A stretch of DNA of 64,000 nucleotides, from assembly GCA_041666305.1 (NCBI GenBank), contig JBAYHD010000001.1, positions 18,149 through 82,148 on the forward strand. Direction: 5' to 3'. Positions 11,791 to 20,122 of the stretch are shown in pieces (position 1 is the first letter of the stretch; each line of letters opens with the position of its first letter). Source of the DNA: Minisyncoccota bacterium (GTDB taxonomy: Bacteria > Patescibacteriota > Minisyncoccia > Phycocordibacterales > Phycocordibacteraceae). The notes under the pieces are model-generated. The model made no database searches and was not told the DNA's origin. It was given only the letters and a program-made list of their open reading frames with translations. The position numbers and the translations under genes are program-made.

Positions 11791-12273
11791 TCACGCTGTT
11801 GGAGGCATTCCGAGATTCGGCGGAGATACGGGTGGTGCCATAGTCTCTGTTCGTCTTCGCAGGGGTTCTAATAAGCTCGCGAAAATGAAGATGAAGAGCG
11901 TGGAAAGAGCCGAAGCAAAACAATAGATACAAAATGCACCTATGAGGAATATTTGGACGAAGGTGAAATAAAGCGACGAAAGAAGACCGACGAGCGAGAG
12001 CGCTTGCAACGCACGACGCAAAAGTTGGTCAAAGAGAACGATCTCAAGCGCGGCAAGAACGAACATAACGCTATAGAACAAGACGCCGAACTCGGCGAGC
12101 GGTATGCCGAAGATTTGGGAATATTGGCTCGAGGCAACGACGTTGCAGCCCGAAAGATTTCCGATATCGCACAAAAGCGGCGTGCCGGAGAGCTTGTGCT
12201 GGGTGAGATAGGCGGAGTCGGCAATGCCGAAAAAGGCAAAGAATAGGATGAATACGACGCCGACCCTTTTCAT
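11791..12273 (-). CDS. vitamin K epoxide reductase (VKOR) family protein
   Basis: 160 aa with 4-5 TM. Loop Cys pair LCDIGNLSGC plus in-membrane CxxC active site (FCIYC). Confidence 0.6.
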   Translation of the reverse strand: MKRVGVVFILFFAFFGIADSAYLTQHKLSGTPLLCDIGNLSGCNVVASSQYSQIFGIPLAEFGVLFYSVMFVLAALEIVLFDQLLRRALQALSLVGLLSSLYFTFVQIFLIGAFCIYCFASALSTLFIFIFASLLEPLRRRTETMAPPVSPPNLGMPPTA

Positions 12274-12344
12274 ATAGCGCCTAGGATACGCGTCCTGATG
12301 TTCTTGTGCAAATGGCCGCGGAATTCAATTCCCCACTGAGGGGG

Positions 12345-12746
12345 TTACGGTGTTGGGGGCGTGAAAGGCATTCCGGCATTCACCGTGTCTTTGCCGTATA
12401 TGCCAGCGGCGAAAATGACCACGCCGAATATGAGATGGAACCAGTCGGAACCGCCATTCGTGGCGGCAATACTAAGCAAGGAGCCGCCTGCAGATGGGAC
12501 GGTGAGGACGCCGATGAGACCGAGTAGGAAGGTTATTGCGCCGATGACCTTCAGCCAGAAGATGGAGTTACCGCTTGAGCGGAATGCAACGATGAGCAGA
12601 ATGCCACCGAGGAGAATGTGGATGACGTTATGCATCGCGTCAGCCACGAAATACGCATTTGCACCGATAAGCGCATTAGAAGTGAAACCCAAGAATCCAA
12701 GCACCACTAAAATGCTGCCGAACATGATTGTAAATGTTTTTGCCAT
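12345..12746 (-). CDS. small 4-TM membrane protein (DUF4383-like)
   Basis: 133 aa. Hydrophobic helices with HNVIHILLGGILLIVAF motif. Confidence 0.4.
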   Translation of the reverse strand: MAKTFTIMFGSILVVLGFLGFTSNALIGANAYFVADAMHNVIHILLGGILLIVAFRSSGNSIFWLKVIGAITFLLGLIGVLTVPSAGGSLLSIAATNGGSDWFHLIFGVVIFAAGIYGKDTVNAGMPFTPPTP

Positions 12747-12834
12747 ACGATTATGATACCGTCATACGTTCCCGTACGGAGAACCCACGAGGAATTCTGT
12801 GCATAAGAGAATCTGGTACACTGAAGCGGTTGAC

Positions 12835-13440
12835 ATGTCTCTCTTCATCTCAAACCTCATCGGCGGCGGCGCTGCAGGCAGTGTAGCGCTCCTCACGCTC
12901 ATCATCATTATCGGCGTGATATTGCTCGAAGACACGACGACGGTCATCGTCGGCATGCTCGCGGCCGACGGCGTTCTCGGAGTTCCCTTCGCCCTTTCTT
13001 CGCTCTACGCCGGCATCGTGATCGGCGATCTTGGACTCTATTTCCTCGGGTACCTCGCAAGCACCAACGCCCGACTCGCGCGCTACGTGGACCATGATTT
13101 TGTCGCACCTTTCCGGGCATGGCTTGAGAATCGTTTCGTGCTTACGGTCTTTTCTGCCAGGTTTATTCCCGGTTCGCGCCTCCCCACCTACACCGCAAGC
13201 GGGTTTTTTCGCTCCCCACTCTCTACTTTCATCATAACGGCAACTATCGCAACTTCCGTTTGGACGACGTTCCTTTTCACCGCTTCGTACTGGTTCGGCA
13301 ATTTGACCGCCGGATGGCTGGGGCACGCACGCTGGGGCATCGCAGGCGCATTTCTCATCGCACTATTCTTTATCGGACGGCACAATCTCCTCGCATACCG
13401 CGCTAAGAAGGACGAGATGCGTGATATCGTTCAAAAATGA
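12835..13440 (+). CDS. DedA / SNARE-associated (VTT domain) family membrane protein
   Basis: LYFLGY...FIPGSRLPTYTASGF (DedA signature region). ORF-track start 12799 is GTG; ATG at 12835 is preferred. Confidence 0.6.
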   Translation: MSLFISNLIGGGAAGSVALLTLIIIIGVILLEDTTTVIVGMLAADGVLGVPFALSSLYAGIVIGDLGLYFLGYLASTNARLARYVDHDFVAPFRAWLENRFVLTVFSARFIPGSRLPTYTASGFFRSPLSTFIITATIATSVWTTFLFTASYWFGNLTAGWLGHARWGIAGAFLIALFFIGRHNLLAYRAKKDEMRDIVQK

Positions 13441-14354
13441 GAACGAGAATAATCCGTGCGGGCGTAGCCTTGGTGCTTGCGCTTGCTGCAGGCGGTGTTG
13501 GATACACAGCTAGCAGTGGAGGAACGCAAGTCGCGAGTGTCAACGTTCCCGCACAGACAGTCTCGGCACCGGCCGCAAACTCCGTACGTGTCGTTTACAG
13601 TTTGGACCAAAAACAAAACGATAGAGAAATCATCGCGCTCATCGACGCGGCGAAGGACCATGTTTATTTCGCGATATACACCTTCACTCTTCCCTCTATT
13701 GCCGACGCGCTCGTCGCAGCGAAAAAACGCGGAGTGGATGTGCGCGGCATCGTCGATTCGGGGCAGAGCCGCGACAGCTACGGCAAACCGATTATCACGA
13801 AGCTCCTCGCCGCCGGCATCTCGGTCGTCACCGAGAAGCATGCGACCGGTAATGGCATCATGCATATCAAGACACTCGTCACCGAATCGGCGTATGCGAC
13901 CGGCAGTTATAACTGGACGAATTCTGCGACGACCATCAATGACGAAGTGCTCGAGATCGGCACCGATCCGGCACTCCGACAAGCGTATGAAAACATATTA
14001 AAGAAACTTTTGGACGCCTACGCAGGCAACACCGCGGCCGCTAACGCGGCCGCGCCTGTTTCCATCGGCACCATCGACTACACTGATGCCTCAGCGCACG
14101 TGGGCGACCTCGCATCCGTGCGCGGCACGCTCGTAAAAGCCTATACCTCGGCCTCCGGCACGGTCTTCCTCGACTTCTGCAAAAACTATAAGACCTGTCC
14201 CTTCTCGGGCGTCATCTTCGCCGACGATGCGAAGCAGTTCGACGACTTAGCAAAGCTCGCCGGCAAGACAATAACCCTCACCGGCAAGATCAGTTCGTAT
14301 CAAGGCAAGGCCGAAATCGTCCTCTCTGACCCGAGCCAACTTACTTCTCTTTAG
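13437..14354 (+). CDS. phospholipase D-like (HKD motif) domain protein, secreted/anchored
   Basis: 305 aa. N-terminal signal/anchor, HIKTLVTESAYATGSYNWTNSA (HxK(x)4D(x)6GSxN), then a C-terminal beta-rich domain ending ...KISSYQGKAEIVLSDPSQLTSL. Confidence 0.65.
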   Translation: MRTRIIRAGVALVLALAAGGVGYTASSGGTQVASVNVPAQTVSAPAANSVRVVYSLDQKQNDREIIALIDAAKDHVYFAIYTFTLPSIADALVAAKKRGVDVRGIVDSGQSRDSYGKPIITKLLAAGISVVTEKHATGNGIMHIKTLVTESAYATGSYNWTNSATTINDEVLEIGTDPALRQAYENILKKLLDAYAGNTAAANAAAPVSIGTIDYTDASAHVGDLASVRGTLVKAYTSASGTVFLDFCKNYKTCPFSGVIFADDAKQFDDLAKLAGKTITLTGKISSYQGKAEIVLSDPSQLTSL

Positions 14355-14665
14355 GCTTGTGCTTTTTCAAGATGCCGAATACGGCGCTCATGATTAACAA
14401 TCGCAACGGCATCCTTATCCGTTGCTCGAGCGATACCATCAAGAGTTTCTTTTATGTCCTCAACTCCGTTTTCAAGAGAGCCCGTTCGTTTTTCAAGTGC
14501 AGTCATTCGATACTCGACACCATCAAGTCGATTTTCAACGCCATCGAATCTGTCTTCGACTTTAGCAAACCCCGTTTGGACAGCGTCAGCCAAGTCTTGA
14601 ACGGCACTCATGACATTCGCGATGGTCGGTTCTTTAATTACTTTGGATTTCTCCACCTTTTTCAT
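14351..14665 (-). CDS. small coiled-coil protein (hypothetical), convergent cargo gene inserted at the PLD-like gene 3' end
   Basis: 104 aa. Internally repeated RFDGVENRLDGVEYRMTALEKRTGSLENGVEDIKE heptad-like motifs. Flanked by two copies of the PLD gene 3' end. Confidence 0.45.
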   Translation of the reverse strand: MKKVEKSKVIKEPTIANVMSAVQDLADAVQTGFAKVEDRFDGVENRLDGVEYRMTALEKRTGSLENGVEDIKETLDGIARATDKDAVAIVNHERRIRHLEKAQA

Positions 14666-14712
14666 GCGCTTACTTTATCACACCTCGAGAAGGATACGGG
14701 TGTGTAAAACTC

Positions 14713-14738
14713 GAAACCCCGCCTTTCGGCGGGGTTTC
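14713..14738. terminator. perfect 11-bp GC hairpin (gaaaccccgcc-tttc-ggcggggtttc) with T-tract on the minus strand, in the 5' region of the inserted coiled-coil gene
   Basis: Inverted repeat read directly. Function (terminator for convergent transcription or 5' structure) uncertain. Confidence 0.4.
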
Positions 14739-14814
14739 TCGGAGCCTTGCGGCACTTTGTGCGGTCAGTACAGCATGCACGCAGATGCGTGCAAGCATGC
14801 ATGTATGAATAGCT

Positions 14815-14888
14815 CTCACCGGCAAGATACCTCGTATCAAGGCAAGGCTGAAATCGTCCTCTCCGACCCAAGCCAGCTCTCGCATTGA
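14815..14888 (+). repeat. degenerate duplicate (~85% identity) of the PLD-like gene 3' end (14277..14354), including its own stop codon (SYQGKAEIVLSDPSQLSH*)
   Basis: Direct alignment of 14277-14354 against 14815-14888. Also preceded by a GCATGCACGC..GCGTGCAAGCATGC palindrome at 14773-14806. Confidence 0.8.
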
Positions 14889-14967
14889 CGCAACACGACT
14901 GTCGTGCTTTACTGTAGTTCGCAAGCAGTTCCCTCAATAATCGTTTCATCACCGCGAAGGAGGCATC

Positions 14968-15471
14968 ATGTCCGAAGTGAAATTGCTTCTCCCGAAATTC
15001 CTCACGAAAGAAATCGTACTTACGGCCATGCGTTCAGTCGGAAGTATTGCAGTGGGAGCGTTCCCGCTCAAACGAAACACATTCCACACTGTTCTGATTG
15101 CTCCAGCAATGGAGTACGAAGCCGACCGCTACCCGAATCATCCGATTCAGCCGGTCGTGATTGCAGAGCTCAGCCATGGCAACAAAAGCGAGTGGTCGCA
15201 CGATTACGCCAACATCGCGCAGTGCAAGACTCTTCAGCTCTGGCACGGCCGCAACGACGGCGGTACCGACGCGAAACCTCACCTCCTCATGGAGGGAGAC
15301 ACTCCCTTCTGGGGTGGTGTGTGGCGGGATGGCCTTGCGTCTGGCTGCTCGGGTGTGCAATCCCACTTTGATCGGATGATTGCCGGGATGGTCGTCGATG
15401 CGGCAGTCGCGCTAGCGTACGACGCCTGCATCGCTTGGTGCGTCCAAAACCCCGATGCCGATTTCGTCTGA
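14968..15471 (+). CDS. hypothetical protein (weak resemblance to GlcG/HbpS-like DUF336)
   Basis: 167 aa. Strong SD gaaggagg 5 nt upstream of the ATG. ...GGVWRDGLASGCSGVQSHFDRMIAGMVVDAAVALA. Confidence 0.35.
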   Translation: MSEVKLLLPKFLTKEIVLTAMRSVGSIAVGAFPLKRNTFHTVLIAPAMEYEADRYPNHPIQPVVIAELSHGNKSEWSHDYANIAQCKTLQLWHGRNDGGTDAKPHLLMEGDTPFWGGVWRDGLASGCSGVQSHFDRMIAGMVVDAAVALAYDACIAWCVQNPDADFV

Positions 15472-15485
15472 CTTCCGCCACATTG

Positions 15486-15530
15486 AGAAACCGCCGCACC
15501 GGCGTTTCTTGATGCGGCGGTTTCTTTTAT
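15486..15530 (+). terminator. intrinsic terminator (gaaaccgccgca...tgcggcggtttc + ttttat)
   Basis: 12-bp perfect stem followed by a T-run. Confidence 0.6.
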
Positions 15531-15557
15531 CCAAATTTGTGCTAGAGTTGCTGAAAA

Positions 15558-16124
15558 GTGGCTACTGAACGACTAAGAATAAATAATGAAATACGCGCGC
15601 AAGAATTGCGCGTTATAAGCCACGACGGCAGTAATTTGGGAGTTCTTTCCCTCGCCGATGCCCTCGCGGCGGCTAAGGCGGCGGGGTCCGACCTTATCGA
15701 GATTTCGCCCTCGGCCGTCCCGCCGATTGCGAAAATCATGGATTATGGTAAATTTGAATACGAACGTAGCAAGAAGGAAAAGGCAGTAAAAGCCAAAGTA
15801 AAAGTGTCTGAAACCAAGGAGGTTCAGATAAAAGTGGGCACCGGCGACCATGATATGGAGCTGAAGGCCCGCAAGGCCGCGCAGTGGCTAGAGGAAGGCC
15901 ATCGGGTCCGCGCCGAGCTTTTCCTGAAAGGGCGCTACAAGGGTATGGAGGAGAAATTCCTGAAGGATCGCCTTGAGAAATTTCTCCTGCGTATCCCCTA
16001 TGCCTACAAGGTCGCCGAGCCGATCACGAGGAGTCCGAAGGGCTTCGCCGGTGTTATCGAACGCGATCTCGTAGCCCAGGCGAAACGCGAAAAAGAATCG
16101 AAACCGAAAAATGAAAACCAATAA
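15558..16124 (+). CDS. infC: translation initiation factor IF-3
   Basis: INNEIRAQELRVISHDGSNLGV...DLIEISPSAVPPIAKIMDYGKFEYE...C-terminal domain. Start uncertain: GTG at 15558 (ORF track) or an in-frame ATA at 15579/15591, as IF-3 genes often use unusual starts. Confidence 0.85.
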   Translation: MATERLRINNEIRAQELRVISHDGSNLGVLSLADALAAAKAAGSDLIEISPSAVPPIAKIMDYGKFEYERSKKEKAVKAKVKVSETKEVQIKVGTGDHDMELKARKAAQWLEEGHRVRAELFLKGRYKGMEEKFLKDRLEKFLLRIPYAYKVAEPITRSPKGFAGVIERDLVAQAKREKESKPKNENQ

Positions 16125-16305
16125 ATCTTATACAAAACGAATACGGGTCACGCGCAACGGGAAGATGATGGTGCGCGTGAAAGGTCAGAACCATTTCAAC
16201 GCAAAGGCGAGCGGCTCCACGCGCTCGGCAAAGCGCCGCTCGGTTGCCATCAATCTGACCGCCAAGGTGCGTGCTCGATTCCTCCCGGGCTCCGGCGCGA
16301 AGTAA
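16111..16305 (+). CDS. rpmI: 50S ribosomal protein L35
   Basis: 64 aa. MKTNKSYTKRIRVTRNGKMMVRVKGQNHFNAK. Overlaps the infC end. Confidence 0.9.
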   Translation: MKTNKSYTKRIRVTRNGKMMVRVKGQNHFNAKASGSTRSAKRRSVAINLTAKVRARFLPGSGAK

Positions 16306-16332
16306 TTAATCTCATTTAGTACTCATTTTCGT

Positions 16333-16680
16333 ATGACAAGAATCAAAGGAGGCATCCATGCCAACAAGCGTCGCAAGAATATTCTCGAACGCGCCAAAGG
16401 TTACCGCGGCATCCGTTCTAAGAAGCTTCATGCCGCTCACGAAGCGCTCATGCGCGCCGGCCGCTACGCCTTCGCCCACCGCCGTGACAAGAAGACCGAC
16501 TTCCGCCAGCTCTGGATCGTTCGCCTTAACGCCGCCGTCCGTGAGAATGGCCACAAGTCATATTCCACATTTATCGCGAAGTTGAAAAAGAACGGTTTCG
16601 CCCTTGACCGCAAGGTCCTCGCCGAATTCGCCACGATGCATCCCGAGATATTCGAACGCATCTCCAAGCAAGTCGTCTAA
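16333..16680 (+). CDS. rplT: 50S ribosomal protein L20
   Basis: 115 aa. MTRIKGGIHANKRRKNILERAKGYRG... Confidence 0.92.
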   Translation: MTRIKGGIHANKRRKNILERAKGYRGIRSKKLHAAHEALMRAGRYAFAHRRDKKTDFRQLWIVRLNAAVRENGHKSYSTFIAKLKKNGFALDRKVLAEFATMHPEIFERISKQVV

Positions 16681-16686
16681 AACAAG

Positions 16687-16713
16687 AAAACCGCCCGAAA
16701 GGGCGGTTTTCTT
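16687..16713. terminator. bidirectional intrinsic terminator (aaaaccgccc-gaaa-gggcggtttt) between rplT (+) and the convergent MBL gene (-)
   Basis: Perfect 10-bp stem flanked by A- and T-runs. Confidence 0.7.
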
Positions 16714-18100
16714 AAATCTTCCGTATCGAGTTTCTTGAAATTTCCCACGTTTCGCCAAATTCGGGGACGATGGCGTTACCGCCGAGGTAGTCGTGGATGC
16801 GCTGGGCGAGGAATCGTTCGGAAGCGGGTTCACCATGGGCGGTGAAAATGACTTTTGTCCTTTTTTCTTTGAGAGCCGCCTCGGCAAATTGCATGAGCTG
16901 ATCGCGGTCGGCATGCGCTGACCATCCTTCGAGTTTTTCTACGGTCGCTTTAATTTTCACATCAGTACCGGCGATACGCACTGAAGAAGCTCTTTCCATC
17001 ATCCGCCGCCCTGGCGTCCCCGGCGCCTGGTAGCCGACCATAAAGAGCGTTGTGGCAGGATCGGGCAGATAGCGCGTCTCCCACCCCCCTATCCTGCCAC
17101 CATGGCTCATCCCTGCTCCGGCGATGATGATTTTCGGCTCCGGCACCTGCTCTATCGCCATCGAATCCTCGCGAGAGAGCGTCTGCTTCAGGAACGGGAA
17201 CTGGAATATGCTTCCTTCCCTTTTCATCTCGTCTTCAGCCTCTGATTTGAAATACGTCATCCCCCACTTCTCATATACGGCGGTGACATGAATGGCGAGT
17301 GGGGAGTCCAAGAAGACCGGTATCCTCGGCAAGTCGCCTGCCTCAAAAAAGTTCGAGAGCTCATGGAGCATGAGCTGAGTGCGCTCCATCGAGAAGGCGG
17401 GAATAAGAATCGTTCCGCCGCGCTTGATAGCACGCTGAAGACTCTCTTTAAGCAGGAGGTTGCGGTCTTCCTTCCCATGCAGTTTGTCGCCATAGGTGCT
17501 TTCCATCACAAGCGCATCGGCGTCCGGCACCGACTCCCAGTCGGGCAGAAGTGGCGAGGGAGAGTTGCCGATGTCGCCAGTGAGCGCGACGCTCGTTCCG
17601 TCTTCGTCTTTAATTCGCACACTCGCCGAACCGAGGATATGGCCCGTGTTACGGAAGTAGGCAGAGAGCCCAGGCGCAACTTCTTTTTCAGTGTGATAGT
17701 CGAGCGTCTCGACGAGCGCAAACGCCGCCTCAACGTCATTACTGTCATAGAGCGGCTGGCGCCCGAGACGCGCTGCTTCTTCGGATAGGATATGCGAAGA
17801 ATCGAGCAGGATAAGCGCCGCGAGGTCGCGCGTCGGCGGTGTCATGAATATCTTTCCCTTAAAGCCGTCTCGCACGAGTTTGGGTATTCTCCCCACGTGG
17901 TCGAGATGTGCGTGCGTGAGCACAAGCGCATCGATATTCTTTACGTCATACGGAAAAGGTCCGTACACCTCTTCCACTGCGAAGTCGTTACCTTGTTCGA
18001 TGCCGCAGTCGACAAGCACCTTACCGCGAGAACCTTCAACTAAAAAATTAGAGCCGGTCACCTTCCCTGCTCCGCCATAAAAACTGAGTTTTAAAGACAT
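16712..18100 (-). CDS. MBL-fold metallo-hydrolase, beta-CASP RNA-metabolising family (RNase J/CPSF-like paralog)
   Basis: 462 aa. LVLTHAHLDHVGRIP (HxHxDH), ...beta-CASP region..., TAHGEP C-terminus. Confidence 0.7.
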   Translation of the reverse strand: MSLKLSFYGGAGKVTGSNFLVEGSRGKVLVDCGIEQGNDFAVEEVYGPFPYDVKNIDALVLTHAHLDHVGRIPKLVRDGFKGKIFMTPPTRDLAALILLDSSHILSEEAARLGRQPLYDSNDVEAAFALVETLDYHTEKEVAPGLSAYFRNTGHILGSASVRIKDEDGTSVALTGDIGNSPSPLLPDWESVPDADALVMESTYGDKLHGKEDRNLLLKESLQRAIKRGGTILIPAFSMERTQLMLHELSNFFEAGDLPRIPVFLDSPLAIHVTAVYEKWGMTYFKSEAEDEMKREGSIFQFPFLKQTLSREDSMAIEQVPEPKIIIAGAGMSHGGRIGGWETRYLPDPATTLFMVGYQAPGTPGRRMMERASSVRIAGTDVKIKATVEKLEGWSAHADRDQLMQFAEAALKEKRTKVIFTAHGEPASERFLAQRIHDYLGGNAIVPEFGETWEISRNSIRKI

Positions 18101-18116
18101 GAGGAGTGGACGAATC

Positions 18117-19181
18117 TCATTTCGCGGTTGACACTAGTTCAATCGTAAATGTTGCGGACTGCCCACCCTTAATTGATGTGTCCCTATCAAGCCAGTATCC
18201 CATGCGAGTTTTAAAAGTGACTTTTCTCACGCCTCCGACCCTCATCCCTATGACTCCTAATCGGTACGAATAAAAGTCGTCGCCCTTAATAGTCTCGAGG
18301 CTTAATATTCCTTGAATGGGACGTGAAGGTGCACTGTCATCAGTCTTCCCGTCTACTGTGGAGCTCAAAATTGTGAATGTGGCATTATCGCCATATTTTG
18401 CTACTGCCCCATCTCCAATTTTCACATCGGAAATATTTCCCATTGGGAAGTAGGGATAGTTTTCATTTCCCGCAGGGAGATTCTGCCCGCTAACCAGATT
18501 AATATTTTGACTCAAGAACATTTCTTGATCGACTTTCTTACTTTCTGCTTCATGGACGATCTTGTCGCTTCTGCAGGCATTTCTGCGAGCGCTGTACAGA
18601 TAGGCATCACATTTATCGATAGACACAAACACGTAATCGTAACTGTTATTGATCCCGAACAAATGATCTCCCGTTAACAAGTCTTGTTTTACCAGTAGAT
18701 CGTTGGAATCTGCATACGCCACGCCAGTAGAGAGGATGAGCAATAACAGCCCCAAAGTCAGCAGCGACCCCCTACCAAGCATCGACAGCTTTTGAGTTAC
18801 TGCATATACTCCTGCCGCAAGAATAAACACTATCGTGATCTCAGTCATCTGTCCCCAAAAGAACATCCCAAGTGTGCCAAAACCAACAGGAATAAAGGTG
18901 AGTATTGCGACCACAGCTAAAATTAAAAGCTCTGTCTTCCAGATTATTTTCAGGAAATCTAGATGGGAGGACATAACGGCCAAAACGAGACACACTAGGA
19001 GGTAAAAGACATAGGCTCCTACTGTTAAGGTCGTGGGAGTAAATCCATCCAGTCCAAGGACTGGAGAAGCGCGATAGTCGAAAAGGAAAAACGAGACAGT
19101 AGAATACAATCCTACAAGACTGAGGGCTCTTATCGCTACCAGTAACAGATTTGCATCTTGAGGATCAGTTTGCGGTTCCAT
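18117..19181 (-). CDS. polytopic membrane protein with C-terminal soluble beta-rich domain (weakly FKBP-like)
   Basis: ~8 TM helices. C-terminus reads RLGVIGMRVGGVRKVTF...ATFTIELVSTAK. ORF-track start 19313 (TTG) would translate through a perfect hairpin, so ATG 19181 is preferred. Confidence 0.4.
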   Translation of the reverse strand: MEPQTDPQDANLLLVAIRALSLVGLYSTVSFFLFDYRASPVLGLDGFTPTTLTVGAYVFYLLVCLVLAVMSSHLDFLKIIWKTELLILAVVAILTFIPVGFGTLGMFFWGQMTEITIVFILAAGVYAVTQKLSMLGRGSLLTLGLLLLILSTGVAYADSNDLLVKQDLLTGDHLFGINNSYDYVFVSIDKCDAYLYSARRNACRSDKIVHEAESKKVDQEMFLSQNINLVSGQNLPAGNENYPYFPMGNISDVKIGDGAVAKYGDNATFTILSSTVDGKTDDSAPSRPIQGILSLETIKGDDFYSYRLGVIGMRVGGVRKVTFKTRMGYWLDRDTSIKGGQSATFTIELVSTAK

Positions 19182-19227
19182 ACCTACAGCGTAGCATGGG
19201 TTTGAACTATTCCTTGCGCTTAGGTAA

Positions 19228-19267
19228 CGCCAATCGCCCTGTTTCCGAAGAAACAGGGCGATTGGCG
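19228..19267. promoter_or_regulatory. perfect 18-bp stem / 4-nt loop hairpin (cgccaatcgccctgtttc-cgaa-gaaacagggcgattggcg) upstream of the membrane-protein gene
   Basis: Read directly. Far longer than typical terminators and no strong U-tract, so possibly a structured RNA element or protein-binding palindrome. Confidence 0.4.
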
Positions 19268-19450
19268 GAGCCGTCCTCTTAAGCAACTTTATCTTGCTAG
19301 GTGGGATGCGCAACGAAAGTTCTCGGATGTCCTTGCGGACTTCACCAAACAGTCTTAATGCAGCGCTCCCGTGAATACAGCAAGTTGCGTTTTTAAGAAC
19401 AGCTCCACTTACAAGTATACACGGGGTGTCAAACGGCGCTGTGGAAAACT

Positions 19451-19481
19451 AAAAAGCCCCGCGTATTGCGGAGCTTTTTCG
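19451..19481 (-). terminator. intrinsic terminator downstream of ndk (minus-strand RNA: aagcuccgc-aauac-gcggggcuu + UUUUU)
   Basis: Stem with one G-U pair followed by a T5 run on the minus strand. Confidence 0.55.
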
Positions 19482-19482
19482 A

Positions 19483-20067
19483 CTATTCGCCGTGGCGCTT
19501 GTAGCTGAATACGCCCTTTTCTCCGAACCAGTGCTTTATCTCGTGCGCGGCCTCTTCCATCGTTTCCGATGCGTGCAAAATATTCGCGACTGCGCGTTTT
19601 TCCGCATTTGCTACTGCCGGCGAATCAACCGAGTAGTCGCCGCGGATGGTGCCCATATCGGCCATGTTTGGAAGCGTCGGACCGCAGATCTTGCGCACCA
19701 TATCTACTGCATGACTGCCTTGAACGACCATTTTTACGAGCGGAGCCGATACCATGTAGTCAACGAGCCATTTCCGTATCTCGGGTCCGATTTTAGCAGC
19801 ATCCGTTGTACCGAAGTCCTCCATAGGGTCATAGCCATACTTTTCATATGTTGAGAGCGTTTTTCCTCCAAGCCGCGTTAGCCAAGCTTCATCCTTCGGA
19901 TAATGATTGTCTATCTCATCGCGAGTTGGCTGGAACATCTCGAGCGCAACTACCTTGAGGTCGCGTTGTTCAAAGCGTTTGATTATCTCGCCGATGAGAC
20001 CCTTCTTCACTCCGTCCGGCTTGATCATCACATACGTTCTTTCCTCTTTCGGATTTTTATTGGCCAT
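19483..20067 (-). CDS. ndk: nucleoside diphosphate kinase (long form, ~194 aa, with insertions)
   Basis: MANKNPKEERTYVMIKPDGVKKGLIGEIIKRFEQRDLKVVALE...NILHASETMEEAAHEIKHWF. The ORF-track N-terminal 83-aa extension has no support. Confidence 0.85.
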   Translation of the reverse strand: MANKNPKEERTYVMIKPDGVKKGLIGEIIKRFEQRDLKVVALEMFQPTRDEIDNHYPKDEAWLTRLGGKTLSTYEKYGYDPMEDFGTTDAAKIGPEIRKWLVDYMVSAPLVKMVVQGSHAVDMVRKICGPTLPNMADMGTIRGDYSVDSPAVANAEKRAVANILHASETMEEAAHEIKHWFGEKGVFSYKRHGE

Positions 20068-20122
20068 AGTTTGAAAAATAAATGCCCTGTCGGGGCGGAT
20101 ATGCAGACAGTATAGCGATGAA

